From the NCBI GenBank assembly GCA_049649525.1, contig JBARZE010000001.1:1-32000 (forward strand): a DNA stretch of 32,000 nucleotides, read 5' to 3'. Below the pieces are notes generated by a model. It was not told the origin of the DNA. It worked only from the letters and a program-made list of their open reading frames with translations, and did not search any database. This stretch comes from Microcoleaceae cyanobacterium. GTDB taxonomy: Bacteria > Cyanobacteriota > Cyanobacteriia > Cyanobacteriales > Microcoleaceae. Made by a program: the position numbers and the translations under genes. This document shows positions 25,333 to 32,000 of this stretch, in pieces. How positions within the stretch are numbered: position 1 is the stretch's first letter; each line of letters begins with the position of its first letter.

Positions 25333-28300
25333 CTAAATGGTTGCTTCAACCACTCCAGCGGGTAAACCAACAACTTCCCCCTTAAGCATCCGCTGTGCCG
25401 CTTCCAAGAGTTGTTCCTCTAAATAAGGTTTGGTGAAATAGCCTCTTGCCCCTAGTTGATAAGCCATTTGGCGGTGACGGTCTGCCCCACGAGAAGTCAA
25501 CATGGCAATGGGAAGCTCTGTCAATAGTGAATCTTTCTGCATCCGAGACAACAATTCCAAACCATCCATGCGAGGCATTTCAATATCACAGAAGACTAAA
25601 TCACAGGGTAAACCCGATTTGAGTTTTTCCCAAGCTTCCTTACCATCACGAGCCTCTTCGACTCGATAACCCGACTTCTCAAAAGTGATTGACAATAGCG
25701 ATCGCACCGTAATCGAATCATCTACAATCAATACCGTCGGTTCACTCTTCTGCTCTGTGGGTGGCTCTAAGATAGAGTCTCCGGCTTCCCAAATCTTGTT
25801 CCGGAAGTCTCGGCGAATGCGTCCCATCGCCAAATCAATTAATTCTAGGACATCAGCAATCCCAACTATCTGTCCATCCCCCAAAACAGTCGCTCCGGCA
25901 ATCCCCACCGGTTTCGGTACAGGCCCTTCAAGTTGTTTAATCACAATTTCTTGTTCGACCAAAACTTGATCCACTTGCACCGCCAGATAATTACCCGATG
26001 AGCGCAACACAATCACTGAAATCATATCCTCATCCGTATTCGTGCCGTAGACGTTACCCCGGCCTAAATGGCGATTGTAAGTCAACAAATCCCGTAGGTG
26101 TCGGAAAGGCAATTTAGATCCGCGCCATTCTAACGTTTGTTGTTCACCGCTTCCGATTTGGATTTGATCTTTGGGCACATCAATCATATCTTCCACCCCA
26201 TCCATCGGAAACGCAATCCGGGCGCGATCGCTAATACAACACAACGCCCGTGAAATACTCATATTTAGGGGTAAACGAATGGTAAATGTTGTCCCCTTAC
26301 CTAAAGTAGAATCGGTTGTAATTGTACCGCGCACTTCCATTAAACTGGTGCGGACCACATCCATCCCCACCCCACGGCCGGCAAACTCATCGGCTTGGTC
26401 TTTCATACTAAAGCCAGGGTGGAACAACAGATCATAAATGTCAATATTAGACATTAAATTAGCTTGTTCGGGGGTAATTAAATTTTTCCGCAGCGCTTTA
26501 GCCTTGACTTTCTCCGTATCAATTCCCGCCCCATCATCTGAGATGGCAATCACAGTTTGGTTCCCTTGGTGAAACACCTTCATCATAATTCGACCCGTGG
26601 GAGGCTTTCCTGAAGCTTGACGAACTTCTGCGGGTTCAATACCGTGGGTAATCGCATTATTAACCAGGTGAATCAGGGGATCATGCAATTTACCCAATAG
26701 CATTTTATCAATCAGGGTATCACGACCTTCAACATACAACTCGGCCTGCTTGCCACACTTAATCGAAATATCGCGCACGGGTCGTTTGAGGCGGTCAGCT
26801 TCTTGGGAAAACGGTTCCATCCGAGCCTTCGTCAAGCCTTCGCGTAATTGAGTTGTAACTTGACGTAACTGTCGCGACACTTGATCGGCTTCTTCGACCA
26901 AAAATTCAATATCCGCCGCCGACTCACGCACCCGCACCACCAACTCAATAATTTCTTGAGACAAGGTATGGAAGGGGGTAAAGCGGTCTAATTCAGTCGA
27001 TTCAAACTCCAACTCATCATGACGATTTTGGCTATCATTAATCGGTGATTGAGCGGGCCACGGAGAGGGTTTGCGGTTAGAGAGTAAAGAAATTTCGAGT
27101 AGACTGCGCTCATAAAAGTCCTGCATCCGCTGACCGACATCACTCAGCAAAGAAACTTGATCGAGTAAATTATCTAAAAACTGCCGCATCCGCTCTTGAT
27201 CTTGTTCCAAGCTGTTGCGGTTGACCACCAGTTCCCCCATTAGGTTACTTAAATTATCCAGTTGTTTGACTGGAACTTTAGCAATGGGTTCATAAATGGG
27301 TGCAGAGCGCTTTGAAGCAGGCCTTAAGGTGGCATTGGTTCTATTTCCACCTGGGGAATCCTCCAGTAACTTTTCAAGCTCTTTAAACTCATCCTCCTCT
27401 GCCGTTTCCGTCGTCTCGGTGTCCTCACTATCGGCTTGACTTAAAAGCTGATCTAAATTGGCAAACAGATCCAAGTCTTCATCGGTGTCTTCCATGGAGG
27501 AATTGTCAACACCCGCCACGTCTTCTTCATCTTCTTGATTGAGTAAAGCATCTAAATCATTAAAATTCGCTTCAGCCGGCGGCCGGGCTGGGTCAGGTAT
27601 AGTAATCTCATCAGGAGAGTCTTCCTCTGCTGCTGAGTCTAGACTAAATAGATCTTCAAAGGCAGTACTCGGGTCTGGGATAGCCTCTTCTTCTTCCTGG
27701 TAATTATCAAACAGCTCATGATAGAGTTCATCACTGGTTGCGCTCACCTCAGTTGTGTCCACGGGGGAGATCTGCACTTCCGTATTGGAGGTATTGTCAG
27801 ACCCATCTGAGTCTGTAAAGAGATCTTCAAAGCTCATTTCCTCTATACCAGAGGTCTGAGGGGTTGGGTTTTCAGATACCGCTTCATTCGGTTCCGCAGT
27901 GGCGGTCGGACTGCCAATATTGAGTAGATCGTCAAATTCATCAATACCCATTTCTTCAGAAGATGAAGCGGTGCCGGGTGAGGCCGTTTTTGAGGAATTG
28001 GCAGCAGAAGCTCTCAACTCTTGAGATGATTGAGCCACCGTCTTGACTTCATCGAGCTGTTCAAATAAATCGAGAAAATCTTGGTCTATATCGTCACGAG
28101 CTGCATCTCCGAGAGACTGAGCAACTTCTGTATTTTCAATCAAGGTTTCTTCTTGCCAGTTTTCTTCGATTAGCCCTTTACCGTCGAATAAATCGGCTAA
28201 ACTTTTTAGTTCTTCTGGGGGAATTTGAGGGCCTCGAGATTTTTTGATCGCAAAAATTTCTTCAGAAATCAATGGAGCTTCGTCTTCTTCGTCTTCGTGT

Positions 28301-29310
28301 TGAGCAATTTGTTCTGCTTCCCACTCCGGGTCAGAATTTTGTTCTGCTTCTAATAGTTCGAGAAGTGAAAGCTCATCAGAATCTAGGGATTGTTCTGATA
28401 CTTCGACGGGTTGAGGGATATTAGGGAGTAAATCTTGCAGAGTTTCACTAACAATAATTTCCTCATCTCGATTTTCTAAAACCAATTCTTGAGCTTGTTT
28501 AATCGATTTAATAATCAGGGGAGCCAATACCTGATAAGTATTATTGGAATTAGCAATAACTTGTTCAATTGTATTAACAAAAATCACCCAATTCGGCAGA
28601 TCAAATGTTTCCCCAGCTCGACTCAAACTCTGACAAATTTCCTGCAGTTGCTGACGATTAGTTTGATCTTCAGATTGCTTAAAGTATTGCAACATCTCCC
28701 GCAAATAGTCCGGCACATCACTGCGGAAAAACAGTTCTTGAGCGCTATGCTCTCCCGAATGACTGACAGACGACGCAACAGCAGCAGCAGCAGCAGGGAC
28801 AGCAACAGCAGCAGGAGTGGGGGCAACCGCAGAGTGTCCAGTGGGAAACGTTAATTCTGTGACCGTCACATCATTTTGCTGAGCCAGTTGAGCGATATGA
28901 TATTTCAGCGCTTCAAATACAGGTTCGACTTCTTGTAGTAAAGTCTGTGCGGCTTCATCTGTCAGACCATAAGGCCCAGAAAGGCTATCAATCAGTGCTT
29001 GTAGGGTATCAAAGATTTGTAAAAATAATGATTCTAATTGTTGATCGACTCGAACCGCACATTTATCGCGAATTTTCTCTAAAATTTTAAAGCTATCTTC
29101 TAAGCGGTGCGAAGTTTGCTGAATGCTGTTTAACCCTAACATCGCGGCACCGCCCTTAACCGAATGAGCAGCACGATACACTTCATACAGCAGTTCTGGA
29201 TCTTCAATTGTAGATTGCAAGTTTAACAAGCCTTGCTCAATTGTATTGAGGTGATCTTTAGCCTCTTCAATAAAGTAACCCAGGATCCGTTGTTGTTGTT
29301 CTGCTTGCAT
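25333..29310 (-). CDS. Hybrid CheA-type histidine kinase (Hpt - acidic linker - HATPase - CheW - REC), PilL/HmpE-like
   Basis: 1325 aa. Hpt AAHSVKGGAAMLG (His49). N box HLVNNAITHGIE, G1 ISDDGAGID, G2 GRGVGMDVV. A CheW-like segment follows. C-terminal receiver LIVDDS...DLVFCDIEMPRMDG...LTSRG...FTKP. Confidence 0.9.
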   Translation of the reverse strand: MQAEQQQRILGYFIEEAKDHLNTIEQGLLNLQSTIEDPELLYEVYRAAHSVKGGAAMLGLNSIQQTSHRLEDSFKILEKIRDKCAVRVDQQLESLFLQIFDTLQALIDSLSGPYGLTDEAAQTLLQEVEPVFEALKYHIAQLAQQNDVTVTELTFPTGHSAVAPTPAAVAVPAAAAAVASSVSHSGEHSAQELFFRSDVPDYLREMLQYFKQSEDQTNRQQLQEICQSLSRAGETFDLPNWVIFVNTIEQVIANSNNTYQVLAPLIIKSIKQAQELVLENRDEEIIVSETLQDLLPNIPQPVEVSEQSLDSDELSLLELLEAEQNSDPEWEAEQIAQHEDEEDEAPLISEEIFAIKKSRGPQIPPEELKSLADLFDGKGLIEENWQEETLIENTEVAQSLGDAARDDIDQDFLDLFEQLDEVKTVAQSSQELRASAANSSKTASPGTASSSEEMGIDEFDDLLNIGSPTATAEPNEAVSENPTPQTSGIEEMSFEDLFTDSDGSDNTSNTEVQISPVDTTEVSATSDELYHELFDNYQEEEEAIPDPSTAFEDLFSLDSAAEEDSPDEITIPDPARPPAEANFNDLDALLNQEDEEDVAGVDNSSMEDTDEDLDLFANLDQLLSQADSEDTETTETAEEDEFKELEKLLEDSPGGNRTNATLRPASKRSAPIYEPIAKVPVKQLDNLSNLMGELVVNRNSLEQDQERMRQFLDNLLDQVSLLSDVGQRMQDFYERSLLEISLLSNRKPSPWPAQSPINDSQNRHDELEFESTELDRFTPFHTLSQEIIELVVRVRESAADIEFLVEEADQVSRQLRQVTTQLREGLTKARMEPFSQEADRLKRPVRDISIKCGKQAELYVEGRDTLIDKMLLGKLHDPLIHLVNNAITHGIEPAEVRQASGKPPTGRIMMKVFHQGNQTVIAISDDGAGIDTEKVKAKALRKNLITPEQANLMSNIDIYDLLFHPGFSMKDQADEFAGRGVGMDVVRTSLMEVRGTITTDSTLGKGTTFTIRLPLNMSISRALCCISDRARIAFPMDGVEDMIDVPKDQIQIGSGEQQTLEWRGSKLPFRHLRDLLTYNRHLGRGNVYGTNTDEDMISVIVLRSSGNYLAVQVDQVLVEQEIVIKQLEGPVPKPVGIAGATVLGDGQIVGIADVLELIDLAMGRIRRDFRNKIWEAGDSILEPPTEQKSEPTVLIVDDSITVRSLLSITFEKSGYRVEEARDGKEAWEKLKSGLPCDLVFCDIEMPRMDGLELLSRMQKDSLLTELPIAMLTSRGADRHRQMAYQLGARGYFTKPYLEEQLLEAAQRMLKGEVVGLPAGVVEATI

Positions 29311-29391
29311 AATGAGTTATAAGTGATTGGGTATTGCTGATATTAGGGCATAAAAAACAGACAATAGACAACTCAGACAAATAACGAAACT

Positions 29392-32000
29392 CTATTGTCT
29401 TTCCGACGGGTCAACGCGGAACCGTTCGACAGACGTGAGTAGGTCACGAGCAACCCCCACTAGGTTACTCAAGGCACTAGACACTCGGTGTGCTTCTTGG
29501 GAAGTTTCTTGAGCACTATGTTCGACTGCTTGCATCACCTGAGCGACAGCCCGAGCCGTTTCATTTTGTTCGACGGTATCAGCGGTAATAGAGCGCACTA
29601 ACACATCAATTCGATTGGTTACTTGAATGATATCATCGAGGGATCGTTTGGCATCTTCAGCGAGGCGTGTCCCTTCAATTACCTGCTGGTTTCCTTCCTC
29701 CATTGCCATCATCACAGAACTGGTTTGACTCTGGATTTGCATCACAATTTGTTCAATTTCTTTTAAGGATTTGGCCGATTTATCTGCCAGTTGTCGAACT
29801 TCATCGGCTACAATAGCAAATCCCCGTCCCGCTTCTCCGGCTCTGGCTGCTTCAATACTAGCATTGAGGGCCAGTAAATTTGTCCGAGAGGCAATGTTAG
29901 AAATAATCGCCACAATCTTAGAAATTTCTTGAGAAGATTCGGCTAAACGTTTCACATCCCGCGTCGTTTCGGCCACAGTTTCTCGAATTTTCAGAATCCC
30001 TGCCACCGTCATTTCTACTGATTCTCCCCCCTTCGTAGCCACAGCCGCCGCTGAGCGAGCCACCTCTTCAGCTTCGCGGGCACAATCTGCCACCCGTTGA
30101 ATGGCATCCGTCAGGACTTGAACCGAATTTAGGGTCGCCGCCAGTTCTTCAGCCTGTCGCAGCGCATCCCCTGCCACGTCTTTAGCGAACATCGAGCTAT
30201 CGGTGGCCCCTTTACTCACCTGACGGGCTGCGTGTTTAACTTGAACAACAATTTCTCGTAGATTTTGAATAGTCAGGTTAAACGAGTCTGCCACCGCTCC
30301 CAATACGTCGGCTGTGACTTCTGCTGTCACAGTTAGATCGCCCCGAGCCGCCCCTTCTACATCATCTAGCAGGCGAATCACTTGACGTTGTAGGTTTTCT
30401 TTGGCTTCTTCCTGTTCTTCTGCTTTGCGTTGGGCCTCTATTGTTGTTGTTTCAATAAACTGAGCCATTTGGTTAAACCGTGCTGACATTTGCCCTAGTT
30501 CATCGGCAGCATAAACCGTTGAGCGGGCTTTGAGATTATTTTTGGTAATGGCATCAAATTGGAATTGCAGATCATCAGAGGCTTTCTCCATCTGTTTGGA
30601 GGTCAAGCGTCCCATCACCAAAGCGGCGCTAAAGCTGCTAATTCCCGCCACAGCCGTCATAATCAAACCCGTTGTCCGCAAATAACTCACAACTTCATTG
30701 CGTCGGTCATAGACGGCTGTTTGAGTCGCAATATTACTGGCTAATGCCACGCTGATTAAGCTAGCGATTCCTGCCCCAATAGCAGTATAGAAAAATTTCG
30801 TTTTGATGGGAGCATTTTCTAAAAAGGCGAGTGGCCCTTGTTCGACAGAAATGGTAGTTTCTACCGCATCTTCAGTTTGAGGGGTAAATGTTGTGACAGC
30901 TTCTTTATCAAGGGACAGAGATCCAAACAGCTCACTACTGCCAATGGATGAAGTATCGGTATCAATGGCGCTGCTGGTTGTTGTGGCGACAAAGTTACTA
31001 TCGACCTCCTCATCAAATTCTGTGGTTTCTCCCAAGAATGCAGAAGTATCACTAGCAGACACCTCAAAATCCGGAACATTTCCTAAATCATCAAATTCTT
31101 CAAAGTCATCTAAAAAGTCATCTGCATCTGTTGGAGGGGGAGATAAGGAGGGATCATTTTCTTCATCATAGGCAGAGGAGTTATCAAATTCATCTGAAAA
31201 ATCTGCCACTGAAATAGAAGCATCATCTACTAAATAACCAGAATCTAACGGGTCTATTTCAAAGCCTTCTGAAAAATCGTCATCGACCGACATTGCAAAA
31301 GCATCATCATCAGTTGCATAATCTGTCGTGTCGGTGTGATCTAAATAAGAACGGTTTGCTGCATCAAAATTGGATGAACCCGGAGATACAGAGTTCCCCG
31401 TGAGTAATGTTTCTGCTTCTAAGCCGGATTGAATGTCTTCAACTTCAGAGTCGTAATCTAGAACTTTGCCATTGCCATTGATGTAGTCAGACTCACCTGT
31501 TGCAAAAGCATCGAACTCTTCAGCTCCGGCATCTTCTACAGTCCCAAAAATATCATTGAGATTGTCATTAAATTCCTCAAGGGCCAGTTCTCCGGTTGTC
31601 GGTTCATCAATATCTAATTGAACCGATTGACTTGATGCAGCCGGGAGGTCTGTTTGAGTTGGGGGTGAGTCGGGCGGACTGATGTCTGTCTCTGAGATGG
31701 GCATCTCGAATAGGTCATCGAAATCCTCAAATGATTCTGTCGGGAGGTCGGGTTGAGTGTCAATCTGGGCAGAATCTAATTCTTCCGCCTCGTTAAACAA
31801 GTCGCCCGATAAAAGGTCACTTTCTTCGAGATCTTCGTCAACAATTGCTTCGTCTCCCAAGGCAAAAGGGTCGTCATCAAAATCTATTGGCTCGTCGGTC
31901 TCTATGGCGTTGCTGGGCGCGTTTGTTGGTGTGATCGATGAGGTTTGAGAGTCAAAGGGATTATCAGACAACGGATCTAAGGCGATTGAGTCGGAAACAT
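29392..32000 (-). CDS. Methyl-accepting chemotaxis protein (PilJ/HmpD-like) with a long acidic N-terminal region. The frame is open to the window end, so the 5' end may lie outside.
   Basis: Signalling hairpin [37 protein letters not shown]. Two TM helices (about aa 393-415 and 435-454, counted from TTG 31971), then a HAMP-like segment. There is no in-frame stop between 31971 and 32000 (...[15 protein letters not shown]). Confidence 0.88.
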   Translation of the reverse strand, partial: VSDSIALDPLSDNPFDSQTSSITPTNAPSNAIETDEPIDFDDDPFALGDEAIVDEDLEESDLLSGDLFNEAEELDSAQIDTQPDLPTESFEDFDDLFEMPISETDISPPDSPPTQTDLPAASSQSVQLDIDEPTTGELALEEFNDNLNDIFGTVEDAGAEEFDAFATGESDYINGNGKVLDYDSEVEDIQSGLEAETLLTGNSVSPGSSNFDAANRSYLDHTDTTDYATDDDAFAMSVDDDFSEGFEIDPLDSGYLVDDASISVADFSDEFDNSSAYDEENDPSLSPPPTDADDFLDDFEEFDDLGNVPDFEVSASDTSAFLGETTEFDEEVDSNFVATTTSSAIDTDTSSIGSSELFGSLSLDKEAVTTFTPQTEDAVETTISVEQGPLAFLENAPIKTKFFYTAIGAGIASLISVALASNIATQTAVYDRRNEVVSYLRTTGLIMTAVAGISSFSAALVMGRLTSKQMEKASDDLQFQFDAITKNNLKARSTVYAADELGQMSARFNQMAQFIETTTIEAQRKAEEQEEAKENLQRQVIRLLDDVEGAARGDLTVTAEVTADVLGAVADSFNLTIQNLREIVVQVKHAARQVSKGATDSSMFAKDVAGDALRQAEELAATLNSVQVLTDAIQRVADCAREAEEVARSAAAVATKGGESVEMTVAGILKIRETVAETTRDVKRLAESSQEISKIVAIISNIASRTNLLALNASIEAARAGEAGRGFAIVADEVRQLADKSAKSLKEIEQIVMQIQSQTSSVMMAMEEGNQQVIEGTRLAEDAKRSLDDIIQVTNRIDVLVRSITADTVEQNETARAVAQVMQAVEHSAQETSQEAHRVSSALSNLVGVARDLLTSVERFRVDPSERQ

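Overview
This window looks cyanobacterial. It carries at least 16 copies of the HIP1 octamer GCGATCGC (e.g. 1404, 3584, 7226, 9785, 10390, 11357, 11396, 13885, 16183, 22095, 26224). It is AT-rich, has heptamer/STRR-like arrays, and its gene content fits a filamentous gliding cyanobacterium. I can support about 23 protein-coding genes. By eye I found no rRNA, tRNA, CRISPR array or transposase.

Gene order, left to right:
- A DUF2282/BufA1-type four-Cys secreted peptide gene at the window edge.
- A GT39/PMT-like membrane glycosyltransferase with C-terminal TPRs.
- An alpha/beta hydrolase.
- Heme oxygenase 1.
- A small membrane protein.
- A secreted FAD oxidoreductase and a Gfo/Idh/MocA oxidoreductase, bracketed by G-rich heptamer arrays.
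- An accessory, conflict-system-like block at 10.2-14.3 kb (described below).
- HugZ-like and HIT genes.
- A surface-polysaccharide cluster: Wzy/O-antigen-ligase-like, GT2, GT4 and a UPF0104 flippase-like gene.
- NlpC/P60 and a beta-lactamase-fold protein.
- A 4-Cys/pentapeptide-repeat Ser/Thr kinase.
- The 3' part of a Pil/Hmp-type chemotaxis-like motility operon: an MCP that is open to the window end, and a hybrid CheA-CheW-REC kinase.

The accessory block holds a 152-aa N-terminal module and an NB-ARC/TPR STAND NTPase separated only by one in-frame TGA. It also holds an orphan RHH antitoxin-like gene and a UPF0175/PIN (DUF3368) toxin-antitoxin pair.

Best candidates for something new:
1. 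The in-frame TGA, in a weak TGA-C context with a hairpin 8 nt downstream. It lies between an effector-like module with an amyloid-like tail and the STAND NTPase.
2. The interleaved A..B/A'..B' repeats that give the neighbouring small genes cassette-like boundaries.
3. The bufferin-like precursor with no visible maturation genes.

All functional calls rest on motif recognition by eye. No database search was run.
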